A DNA stretch of 57,196 nucleotides from Bigelowiella natans CCMP2755 (Eukaryota; Protista; Cercozoa): positions 1 through 57,196 of the forward strand of contig ADNK01001981.1 in the NCBI GenBank assembly GCA_000320545.1, in the 5' to 3' direction. Below the pieces are notes generated by a model, which was not told the origin of the DNA, made no database searches, and saw only the letters and a list, made by a program, of their open reading frames with translations. Positions 10,524 through 21,646 of this stretch are shown here, piece after piece (position 1 is the first letter of the stretch; every line of letters starts with the position of its first letter). The translations under genes and the position numbers were made by a program.

Positions 10524-12689
10524 CGCCTCCCAAATTGGCAAATTGACTGACGCGCATGCACGCATGCACGTTTCCACAACGGGCAAACCGATGCATCATG
10601 CTGCGCATGCGATGCCTCTTCAATCAAGCAGGCCACCACATGCGTTGCCGCCATTGGAAGCTTGCACTCACTCGTGGTCGAGCTGCAGGCTTGAATGCAT
10701 GCAATGCATGCATGGGCAGGAAGCGCCAATGGCCGCAAAAACCTCCCGTTGCTTTGCACGATGTGCAACAGCTCCAGAATCGAACTCACTGCAACGCACG
10801 TGCAGTTCGATTCGGTGGCTCAGGGCACGGCCTGCCACGATGATCCTGCACAACCAGTTGCAATGCTTGAGTTGCACGGTGAGTGGCGATGCATGCTCGC
10901 ACCTTCCGCTCGTTCTGCATGCGAACCGAACGGAAGTGCAGCCATCCGCTTCACCGTCAACTGCATCTACATCACTGATGTCAGAATGCATCACTCGTGG
11001 CAGCTGACGCCACAATTGCGAGGAGGAAAGCTCTCACGAAGAGCAGCCATCCGCCTCCCCAATTTGCAAATTTGTCCCCGAATCAATTTCGGTCACGAAA
11101 AATCCGAAAAATTCGAAATGCGAATTTGTGAAAAACAATCTTTGTGCGCTAAGCACCATTTCATTTTCTCAAAATGGGGTCAATCCTTGCGAAAATGCAA
11201 AATGATCGCAAAAATGTGGGCGGTTGATCCGCCTAGCGAGTGGAATGTCAGGAAAATGCCGCACACTCACAAAAACACGAAGGTGGAATGGAAGGGAGAG
11301 AGGGGGGGGGGGGGGGGGGGAAAGGAAAAACTCAAGGTGACCCCTAACCCCCCTTCAACTTGCAAAATTGAGTGGCCTTTGCATTTTTCATTGTGAATGT
11401 CCTTTCTTTTGAAGGAAAGGACTTGAACCAATCACTTTGTCTGATTTCGGGCTGTTCGCTACAATCAGTACGCGAACCAGAAGGATTTTCCTCCGGACCA
11501 AAGGTCCGCAAAGGAAATGCGGTGTGGGGAAGGTAATTGTTCAATGTTCTTTTTGCATTGGTGTCCTTTCTTCATCAAAGACAAGGACACAAACTGACTT
11601 GATCATTTTTCCTTTGCACATTCCAGCAAAAGGCGGGTCTCAATTTCGTGAAACCATCCGCCTCGCAAAGCGAAAAATTGTCCGGGAAGAACCGGAAAGG
11701 TAGGAAACCAATAATCGCAGGGTGTAGTCAGCATCAAGCAACTACAGGTTCCTTTCTCTCCTCAATGCTCAACCGGAAAATTCATAATTCAACACCAGTC
11801 ATAATAACCGAGTGTTCTATTGTGTTTATAGGTTCGAACTGAGCCTGAAAACTAATTCTCAACAAGGTGATCCTTGTCACTCGTAGGACACCATTGCAGA
11901 TAGCAATGTTGAGTACATTGTACATCGGGGTTAACCCGCATATGTTCATTAGTAGCGGTGTTGCTTAATTTAATACCAGCAACACCCTACAAATTCTATA
12001 GATTTTACATAGGCTCACAGTTGCATGATTAACATGCCAACTGTAGCCCCATAGAATAATGTTCTTTTGACATAAGCCAGCTCATTGCTGCATATAGTAA
12101 TACATTGAAACCAGCTATATAACTGAACACTTATTGTGTCAGTATTAGCTCGGTATGTAACTATGATTACAACATATCAGCTATGCTGCATATACTATAA
12201 TTTATAGTTCCTATTAAGTATAGAACATATATCAGCGTTGATTGCTGCATATATTTCAGATGTTAATGTGACAGTTAATACAACTGTATGTATTCTATAG
12301 CGATACTTACTGTAGTAAAGTATTACAAGTAATGTATCCTATAATTTATAGATTTGTCTTGGACGCCTCCCCAGCAGCAACAAGTGCTCCCCCCAGCCGC
12401 AGAGGCTAACGCCTCCCGAGCTGGAGAAGTTGGAGGCTTGTAGGGGTTAGTATAACACCCCATACGGTATGTATTTAAACCATCACACACCGTGATAGAC
12501 ACCTATACATATAATATATATGTGCTATAGGTAGTGGAGGAGAAGCCTGGCGTCACGTATTAAGCGTCGACGCCAGCAACCATGTAGAAGGACTATTCCA
12601 GCCTATCGTCACGTATTAAACGTCGACGGAGGCTGACGCCATGCCCCTTAAAGGCGACATGCGCCGGCTTAACCGGCGTTGTAGAGGTA

Positions 12690-15600
12690 CTATTTAGTAC
12701 GTATATCAGCGTAGAACTTCTGGCAACATGCCAGTGTCGGTGTTCGGCCTGTAGGTTTAGTCAACATATCTGCAGGTTGTTCCTTGCCAGATGCATGATA
12801 TAGTCGTATAACGTCATCACGTATGAGTTGTCTAACGTTGTGATGTGCAACTCTTATTGACTTAGACTTCTTGGCAAAGCCAGGGTTGGTGGCTATCCGG
12901 ATGGCAGGCTGGCAGTCTTCAAATGCAGGCATTTTCATCAATATTTTCTTGTTAGGCTCGAAGCCTAATTCTTTAACTAACTGTGTAGCATGTACTACAT
13001 CACGCCCTAGCTGAGACATGCTCATGTACTCAGCTTCGGCCATGTGATTAGCTACCACAGTCTGTCTGTGTGAGCCGCATGATGCAGGGCCACCGCAGAA
13101 CTGCAAGAGGTAACCTGATCTGCTTTTGCCATCCTTCTCAGTCATGTGAGTGGCATCGGCGTGTCCCTCGAAGCCTCGCTCAGGTCGGTTGTGGCATGTT
13201 TTGTAGTGTTTAGTGTTTAGCAAATACTTCATGACCCTACACGCCATTTTCAAGTGGCTTTCCCTTGGGTCCTGCGAATGCACTGCCAGTAGCGATGAGG
13301 CCGCGACCATGTTCGGTCGTGTAGCTGCTGCAACGTGCAAACAGGCACCAATGACTGACCCAAATGATGTTTGATCTGCTTTGGGTTCACTGCTACAGTC
13401 CTTCCTTGCATCCATCGGGATCGGAGTCCGGGCGCGCTTGGAAGGTGAGATTTCAAATCTTTCACACATCTCAGCCATGCACTTTTCTTGACAGACAGAG
13501 CAACAACCTCTGCTGTCTCTTTCCATCTGTGAACCTGAGCACTCTTGCACTGGGCCAAGATGGTGCATTTCGCATTCCTTCTTTGAATTTTCAACAACGC
13601 AGTCTTCATCTTTCTCGTTTTGAAAACACAGAAGGGCATCGTCTGCGCAGATGCCCACTGTGACTTTTCTGTCTTCTCCTCTGTCCAACACAAATGAGCA
13701 TGGGTCTGTTTCCATTTGTTTGAAACCCATCTTGGCGAGAGACCTCACGAATGTTCGGTTCCACGTGTGTGCTGATTGCTTTGGACCGTGGACAGATTTG
13801 TTCAACTGACAGGCTGCATTGGCCCTGTCATTCATGATCTCTTCTTCTTGTTCACTCCCACAATCTCCTTTTTCCAACCCATCAGGTGTCTCAAGGTGGA
13901 CATTGGCGTCAATCTGACCGCAGAGGTGAGCTGTGCGTGTGTCCACATTGTGCATTGTTGGCTTGTGTCTGGAGCACAACGCCAATGGCACACGCAGAGA
14001 TGCCTGTGAGAGAGTCGGTGCATGCGAGCGAAACCATTCAACGCCTCGGCGTTGATCGAATCCTCTTGCCACCATGCGAGACTTGTAGCGAATGGACCCG
14101 TCAGGGTTCAGTTTCTTTTCAAGTGCCCATTTGGCAGAAACTGACTCACCTTTCGGTCGTCCAACCACATCCCATGTGTGTCTCTTGACTGACGATCCAA
14201 TTTCATCCTTTGTTGATGGCAACCAACACTTCTTCTCAGGTCCAGTGACAGCCTCGCGGAAGGTTTCAGGTGTGTCCAACGTGTCATGTGCAGACACATC
14301 AACATCCTTCAACACAACCTCCCCGGTGCTTTGATCAAGAGCGGCGAACATGCGTTCCGCCGTTCTCATCTTGTCACATTCCAATCGTGGATGTTTGCAC
14401 TCTTCAGCGAATGAGCTGTTGCCAGCATGGGCAACAGAGGTGATGCACTGCTCTTCATCCTGCATGGCCTGAAAATCCATCAGAGCATGGACGCCGTGCC
14501 AGCGCAGTTGCGGCCCATCATGGCCGGAGGCACGTTCTTGTCAGATCTCTTGGAGACTCCAGTGGGTGGTTGTGGTGCCTCCTTGCGCTTGTGCTTTGCT
14601 TTGTCCATCTCAGGCGCAGTTGAAGAACTCATTCCTCCCGTGGACATCGGCAGCTTTGCAGGCAAAGGCAACGCAGTGTCTGCTCTCTCCTCACCATCAT
14701 CCTTCTCAGCAGCGATGGCAGCTGATGATGATGATGATGACATCGCATCCGTCTTCTCAGCGAGAGCACTCAGCGCACTGTGCAATGATTCAATGAAATC
14801 CATTGCACCAGCATCATTCGTGCTGTGAGAAGAAGATTCTGATTCATCTCTCTTCTTGCTCGCAGAAACCTCGCCTTTGTCCATCTCGACGTCAGAGTCC
14901 TCAGGATCCCGATGTTGAGGTGACTGTCGTCTCAGAGCAGCAGAGCGAAACACACTTTGATGCCACTCATCCACATTCGCTTTTTCCATGATTTCACCGG
15001 CATCGGTGCTGACCATGCACGTGCCATGTCTCGTGTCACATCCGAGCATGCGTGCATGCTGTCCAGCATCCTCCAACCGTGACCTTTTGCGCAATTGTTT
15101 GTCCACCGATGGCACACCGACACAGCCAAACACCACCAAATTGCTCAGGTCTGGCTTCTTCTTGTGGCAGAGCTCGCAGGGAGTCTTCGTGCCATCGGCA
15201 GAGTGAGGCATTCGATTCACAGTGTGGATCACATGATCCAACGCGTGACACCAACACCGTGACGATGCACCGCATTGCTTCATCATCGTGCGCATTTCAG
15301 TCGTCACCGTTTGTGTCGCTCTCTCAGATGTTCCGTTCTGTTCTGGCGTTCGCGGCGCACCAGGATCAAAGGCAACACCGTTCTTGTCCAGAAATTTCTG
15401 CAGCGAAGTAGCCGCAAATTCGGAGCCATCATCCGAACGGAATTCTGCAATGTGCGACCCGCATGCGTTTTTGTGCTTGCGCAATGCACTGCGCGCAAGC
15501 GCCGGTGTTTGCGATTTCTTTTTGGCCTCAGCCGCGGTTGTCCTGCGTGCACCTTCGTGTGCGCACACCACGAAGCACTTGCAACCGCGCACGCCACGCA

Positions 15601-17518
15601 TTGAGCTTTTGGTGTCCGCGTGCACACGTTCGCTTTGGGCCGAGGTTGCTCCTGGCACACCTCGCCTTGCGCGGTCAGTGTTGGTCACATCACATGCTGC
15701 ACAATTTGTCTTTTTCAACTGATTGGGAGTTTTCAATCCAGTTGAACACTTTGCAACTTGTGACATTTTGGGTCGATCACAGTGCAGCAGCTTTCTGTGA
15801 AGCTCCACGGTGTCATCCATTTGATCATGGACCTGATCGACAGTGCACTCAGGTGCTTCGACACCACACGATGCATCAATGTCACATGACTGCACGTTGG
15901 TTGATTTTCCATTGTTGAGCACATCATGATCATCATCCAATGCGGCATGATGTGATCGATTTTTCATCTTGAAATGCACAATGGGCTCATTGTTTTTGAA
16001 CACCAGGGTCTGGCCATTCGCGGTTTCTGTGCGACAACCGGTTCCATCAATCTTGGATTGGGACATGCAAGACAAAGAAGAATTGGGTGAGCACAACACT
16101 CCACTCAGCATTCCCCTTTTCTTTTCACCCGAGGGGAGCACAAAAGTCATTGGTGCTCTCCCCTTGTGTGTTGCAGTGTGGGCAACACCCTTCTTGCCAA
16201 CACTCACTTTTCTTTTGTTCAAGAGAGGGAGCAGGTGAGAGAAACATTTTTCATCATTGAAAATGTGCGCAGTTGCACCATCATCAAGTGTTGTTGGATT
16301 TTTGGTGTCACGTTCCGTGCTCTGCGTGCAACAACCTCTCCCGAACAAATCATCTTCGTCCTCTGAGGAGCCGTGTTCCTCACATTTTTCATTCTTTGTT
16401 TCCTGCTGCACGCACATCGCCTCCTTTTCACTCTTCTTGTCCTTTTTGCATTTTTCCAGGACGGCGTTGTGCTGCTTCTCGGTCAGGTCGTCAATGTGAT
16501 GGCATTCGCGTGCACAGTGTCCTTTCTTGCCACACGAATGACACACCACATCCTTTTTCGCCTTTTTGTGATCATTCTGCTGATCCTTTTTGTGATCATC
16601 ATTGTGGGATCGCTTCCTTCCACCACGCCCTCGGCCTCGGCGTCCGCGTCCTCCTCCACCGCGAGAACCGCGCGACCCTCTGCCTCGTCCGCACTGGTGA
16701 CAATCATCATCATCATGATGACACTGGTTTCCCTGACAATTCATCATTTCTTGCGCCGGACGCTTTCTGACGTGAATCCTCTTCACTTCTGCCTGCACGT
16801 GGTTCTTCTCCTGTCCGTCTCTGTTGGCAGCCATCCTTTTGGCACTGAGCAGATCTCGTAGCTGTTCCATGGCATCTTTCAGTTTTTCATTGTTGGCCGT
16901 GGCCAGGCCATGCACGATGGCCTCATGTTTCTTCTTTGGTTTTGACCCATTTGTGAAACAGGTCATCTGCACCTGCTCGCTGACAGGCTGGTTCGCGTTG
17001 GCCAGCCTTCCGCAGATGGCAACGAATTTGGAACAACATGCCTCCACGTCGTGATCGAAATTTTCGATGGAGGCTTGTTGTGGGCTGCTGTTCAACTCAT
17101 GCATGGATGCGTTGTCGGTGGGCTTGAACCTCTCCGTTGGACGAGCCCAGGCGACAGCTGCAAGGCCTCCGGAGTCATCGAGCAGGTGTTGGTGGGCGGA
17201 GTGTGCAGTCAGACAAATCGCGGCGCAGGCCCTCACATTGGCCTCATCGTCGGCGCTCGTAGCAGGTGCACCTCCGCGCCAGATTTCAGCTTCGGTCTCG
17301 CTAATCCGGGCCACCTCCCTGCAGTGCTCCGGATTCTCAATCACGTTGATGAGTTTCGCCGGCCTGTCAGCCGTGGTCGATGGTTTCGCCATTTCGAAAC
17401 AATCGATCACGTTTTCGGCCGCGAAAACAGCTTTCATCGTGAAGGCGCAATGGTTGAAGTTGCTGCCTGACCCAGTCAGGTGAATCTTGGCTTTGCTCAG
17501 AAAAGACAACTGGGACAT
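12690..17518 (-). pseudogene. Copia gag-pol polyprotein, copy 2 (frameshift near 14490)
   Basis: ORFs 14480-17623 and 12690-14480 align with copy 1, with an 8-nt length difference near 14500. RT YVDD is degraded to CADD. The C-terminal part keeps Tyr (MKYLL, SRSGY, AEAEY) and the TAG stop. Confidence 0.92.
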
Positions 17519-17570
17519 GATTGCTCGTGATTCTCGTTGGCAAACTTTTCTCACTTTGAGGCTCACAACC

Positions 17571-17942
17571 CATTGGAGGGCTGGGTGCGGTGCGATGTGC
17601 GCGCAGTGAGCAAAAGCTAGCAAACGAGCAGGTGGCGGTGTTCAGATTGAACTGGGAGGTCATCATGCGAGGGTTGACCGCCCTCTCACAAGTGTCAAGC
17701 TTGTCATCAGTCACACGTGATTGCATTGGGTTTCCAGGCCGCGACAAGGCTGGTCCTTGTCGTGCGACGTGCGTGTGCATTCCTTGTCGCGGCAGGCTGA
17801 AGCGTCACGGCAATGCTTGTCGCACCTGTGCCGCTTCACCTGCTGCTGCGTGCACAGTCAATTTGCTGATTTCCTCGGTTCATGCTCGCTTGCATGTTGA
17901 CCACATGCATGTCAAACTTGCGCGAACATGGGAGCATCAACA
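17571..17942 (-). repeat. 5' LTR of Copia copy 2
   Basis: 372-bp match to 10152-10523, adjacent to the PBS. Confidence 0.92.
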
Positions 17943-17947
17943 ACTGG

Positions 17948-18234
17948 GATGTCATCATGCGAGGGTGGACCGCCCTCGGACAGATGTCAAGCTTGTCATC
18001 AGTCACACGTGATTGCATTGGGTTTCCAGGCCACGACAAGGCCAGTCCTTGTCGTGCGACATGCGTGTGCATTCCTTGTCGCGGCAGACTGAAGCGTCAC
18101 GGCAATGCTTGTCGCACCTGTGCCGCTTCACCTGCTGCTGCGTGCACAGTTGATTTGCTGATTTCCTCGGTTCATGCTCGCTTGCACGTTGACCACATGC
18201 ATGTCAAACTTGCGCGAACATGGGAGCATCAACA
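17948..18234 (-). repeat. Part 2 of the split 5' LTR of Copia copy 1
   Basis: Continues the LTR exactly where 10067-10151 stops, ends in CAACA, and is followed by the TSD AGGTG. Confidence 0.9.
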
Positions 18235-18904
18235 AGGTGTCATGCTGGCTAGGCAACCATTTGCTTGTGTTGTGAAAACATTGCAAACCTGCAACATCAA
18301 AACCATGTGCATTGCACACATTGTGCAATGCACCATGCACATTGCACATGTTGTCAAAAGCTCAGTGGACCGCAGTGCAGTGCATGCTTGCACCAGCAGC
18401 AGCAACGCCAGAGCAATCTGCGTGCGTTCATTGGCTGCGACAAGCAACACGCACACAGTTGAGAATGCAGCCGAAGTGCAATGTGCGACTTCGATGAACT
18501 GCCGCGACAATGCGTGCAGTGGCTGCTGACCAATGAGAGCTGACCTCTCATGAGTCAATGGGCTGTTTCGCCCCCATCAATGTTTGGCGCTGCCGGCGCA
18601 CGTGGTGATTCAGGCAATTTCGCCTTGATGAATGTTGACATTGTGCAGCATGCATGAAACGTCATGTCGTCATCAACACAGATCTGAGACAGCTGCTTGC
18701 CCAGCTGTTCTCCCCTGCCTTCCTGCCTCCACCTGACCATGCCAGTCGCCTGCACTCCGCACCGCCTTCAACTCAAACTTCCAACACCTGTCGATTTCTT
18801 TGTCAGTCGAAGGGACACCAGATGTGGCCCCCAAAGCAAGGCAGAACTTGTCATGGGAAGACATGGCTGAGAAAGCACGCAACGTGACCACGTCATCATT
18901 GGCA

Positions 18905-19130
18905 TCAGGTTGATGACGAGACACTAGCTGACGAATCCTGGTCCAAAAACGGTCTCTGATGTCGCACGTTCCGCAATGCCCAGCGCACAGCTTCGTTTTG
19001 AACCCCTTCAAGGAGGCGAAGCGAATGGGCCGGCAATGAATGACTCCACACAGCTGCCGCATGCTCCATCAGCGGCCGCACCATGGCCTTGTGAACGGTG
19101 ACAGCCATGTTGATCAATTTGCCGCACTCG
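18905..19130 (-). pseudogene. Non-LTR retrotransposon (LINE) RT C-terminal fragment, TA-edited
   Basis: VHKAMVRPLMEHAAAVWSH...LLEGVQNEAVR corresponds to the LINE motif LYKxLVRPxLEYAxxVWSP...LExVQxxAxR, with both Tyr replaced by His. Confidence 0.75.
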
Positions 19131-20739
19131 CAAGCAAGACCATTTTTAGCTGTTAGCATGTCGCAGGGGATGAAACACAGTGCATTTATGTCCAAATATT
19201 TGTCCCATCTAATCAATCACCCTCACCGGCCGATCGGTGTGATGGAACCGAACTGCTGACCGACCGACCGACGGATTCATCAAAGCTATCATCAGCTCCA
19301 AATTTCCTCAAACCTCAAGGCTCTGCTGCTTCTAAAAAGAATCGTTTTTTTTTTGTGAATGATACCCTGTTTGCCTCTTTCTCATCATATCCACTCCTCA
19401 CAAACCATAGGAGGAGGACCGCCATCTCATGCATTTGCATCAGGAGGTATATTGGCTGAGTTATCGAGCTTAGCGTTACCGTCCTCTTCGTCACAACAAC
19501 ACCGCCACAATGGCCGTCATTATTATCCAGTGAAAAAATACAACAAGATTCGACTGAAATCTCGGGAAGAGCTATCTGGTATCAATTAGCTTTGTGATGC
19601 CTTACCTGAAGGATATAAATGTAAGACTATCCAATACTAACGTATTTGTGTGTGTCTTTTAAGGATTTCTAGCCAAGCTGGACGCCAACTCAATTACTGT
19701 GCTTATGGAAGATATACGGTAAGTTCAAAATGATGTCGACATACACACACACACACACACACGCACACACACACATTGTTGTTCATCTTCTATATGATTG
19801 TGCACAGTCAATTGACCAATCTAGTTCATGATGAATAACAACTATTTGAAGGGATGAAGGAGAAGAAGGGGTTCCTTTAAAGCAAAAAATCCCAAAAAAA
19901 ACGGTAAGAAGCTGGGTCAAACCTTTGATGATATATTTATTCATTATATCTACAAGTCAATACAACTGCTTTAAGAGGTAATGATGATGATTGTGCTACT
20001 AATGGCATTTGATGGTAGGGATGCTGGGACTGTGAATGCAAGGCTTCTAATCATCAACATCGCTACACATGCTTCAAATGCGGTCATGTGTATTTTTATC
20101 ATCGCCGTTATGATTGTCGCTAAATCGTTGATTGACCCTTGTTGATCTTTCAATCTAAGGAATGGCACGGCCTAAATTACCCCCATTTTACGACTCAACG
20201 CCTATCGTCGCAGTCATATCCATGCGATACAAAGCTCAAACAATTAACAGAAAGTTTCCTCCTCCCTACGACAAGTACTAATGTTATATGATAAGTCGTG
20301 GTAGTCAAAATTGAAAAATGAGGTATTCATAGGTTTTCGGGTGGAGGCTCCATTGAAGTGGAGAAAATGGTCGCTAATAGTTACTTTATAACTGTATTAC
20401 AAAGTCTTGTTACCCCAGCCAAAACTGAGTGTACTGCTCGTCACAATAGTATCTGTTATAAACCATTCGCTTCAATGAAAACAAAGCAACACCTGCGGCA
20501 TACAAATGCCACAATTTTGCAGAATTTTCAATTTTACTTGCACAATGTGTGAGTAGAATACATCTCAGCATAAAAATTTATCTGTCGTGTTTATCAGGCC
20601 TACGGTGTGACACAGGTGTGTCGCTTTTTATCAGCATCGGAGTCTACCGATGATAGGAGAAATCTTGATAAAAATAGCAGGTAAAGGGCAATTATTGTTT
20701 TTGGCATTCGTAATTGCATGTAGGGAGGGTGTATGGGTG

Positions 20740-20800
<61 letters not shown>
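20740..20800. repeat. (GA)n microsatellite, representative of many (GA)n, (TAG)n, (GAT)n, (CA)n and (TA)n tracts across 19.7-57.2 kb
   Basis: Directly visible tandem repeats. Confidence 0.95.
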
Positions 20801-20803
<3 letters not shown>

Positions 20804-21610
20804 TTGGTTGAATTAGAGGAATGGAGATGTAGTTTTGCTAGCAAAGAAGGCGTACATTATTTACCAGTATGATCGTATCATCAGGAGGACATATTTTCTG
20901 ACTGACAGCTCCCAGTTTGTGGATACTGTGGATTCTCAAAAACAGGTTGTAGTAGTAGTAGTAGTAGTAGTAGTAGTAATAGTAGCAGTAGTATTAATTG
21001 TAGTGGCGGTAGTAGTAACTACCGAGCTGCCGTAGTACATTGGGGATTGTTGAAAATGAGGAAGAAGTTGCAAATCCATGCAACTACACAAGTGTCCGGT
21101 TTGCTCGCCCTCCTCCTCCTCCTCCTCCTCTTCCTTTTCCCCCTTTCCTCCTTTTCCTTCCCAGGGCACCTTTGTCGATTACCTTAACGATGCAGCGCTT
21201 AGATATATGTCTTCTTATCTGTTATTATATCCCTTCAACGATCATTTTGCAGCACCGTCATCAACACCCCCCCGACCCTCCTCCCTCCCCCCCCTCCACC
21301 CTCTCCTCCTCTTCTTCTTCTTGTTGTTGTTATTGTACTAGATTCCTGGTCCCCATATGAGACAAGCTCGGGAGTTGTTGGAACGGGTAGTACTACCAAT
21401 GGATTATTGTAGTAATTATAGTAATAGTAGTATGTTTAGTGGTAGTAGTTTTTGTGCGTTTATCATCATCATAGTTCAAAGATCCATCATGTCATAAAGG
21501 CAATAATAAGAGGCAAAATAACAGTATTAATAGGAGTAGATTAAAGTAATTATAACGTATAGTTTTGGATCATTTACAACTTTTAATTCTAGTAAATCCC
21601 TTCAGTTCCC

Positions 21611-21646
<36 letters not shown>

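Larger units (their letters stand above)
10152..17942 (-). mobile_element. Ty1/Copia LTR retrotransposon, copy 2 (inner, nested in the 5' LTR of copy 1)
   Basis: TSD ACTGG at 10147-10151 and 17943-17947. LTRs 10152-10523 and 17571-17942 share variants (gctagcaaac, ttcagattg, gggttgaccg). Confidence 0.93.
2664..18234 (-). mobile_element. Ty1/Copia LTR retrotransposon, copy 1 (outer; its 5' LTR is interrupted by copy 2)
   Basis: 5-bp TSD AGGTG at 2659-2663 and 18235-18239, 372-bp LTR, PBS, PPT and gag-PR-IN-RT-RH order. Confidence 0.93.
480..19140. other. TpA-depleted, TG/CA-enriched transposon cluster (hypermutated domain)
   Basis: TA is common at 130-480 and after ~19145 but nearly absent in between. 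I found none by eye from 6671 to 9354. The exception is a less-edited patch at ~11700-13250. The domain coincides with TE-derived sequence. Confidence 0.93.

Noticed and set aside
11700-13250. Classical RIP (CA>TA) producing the TA-rich patch
   Set aside because: In the coding part the TA state restores canonical residues (KYL, SGY, EAEY) and adds no premature stops, so it looks ancestral. The non-coding part cannot be polarised with the same certainty.
14470-14510. TGATG/TAATG stop-start overlap as programmed translational coupling of RT
   Set aside because: Copy 1 is continuous here. A simple indel in copy 2 within a typical pre-RT Y..Y..YAL segment is more parsimonious.
5140-17623. ADAR-type RNA editing or APOBEC-type cDNA editing of the retroelement
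   Set aside because: Changes occur on both strands, differ between the paired LTRs, and also affect a DNA transposon remnant.
2664-18234. Tandem LTR-internal-LTR-internal-LTR array or segmental duplication
   Set aside because: The split LTR, the two distinct TSDs and the LTR variant pairing show a nested insertion.
398-19216. Dozens of overlapping 60-290 aa Cys/His-rich ORFs in all frames, read as novel metal-binding proteins
   Set aside because: These are by-products of TAA/TAG loss and TG/CA enrichment. Only the TE-derived frames have recognisable motifs.
19359-20550. Possible small multi-exon gene on the + strand (similar weak candidates at 38500-39250 on - and 45600-46500)
   Set aside because: Splice-like signals are present, but I could not build a coherent ORF or recognise a domain.
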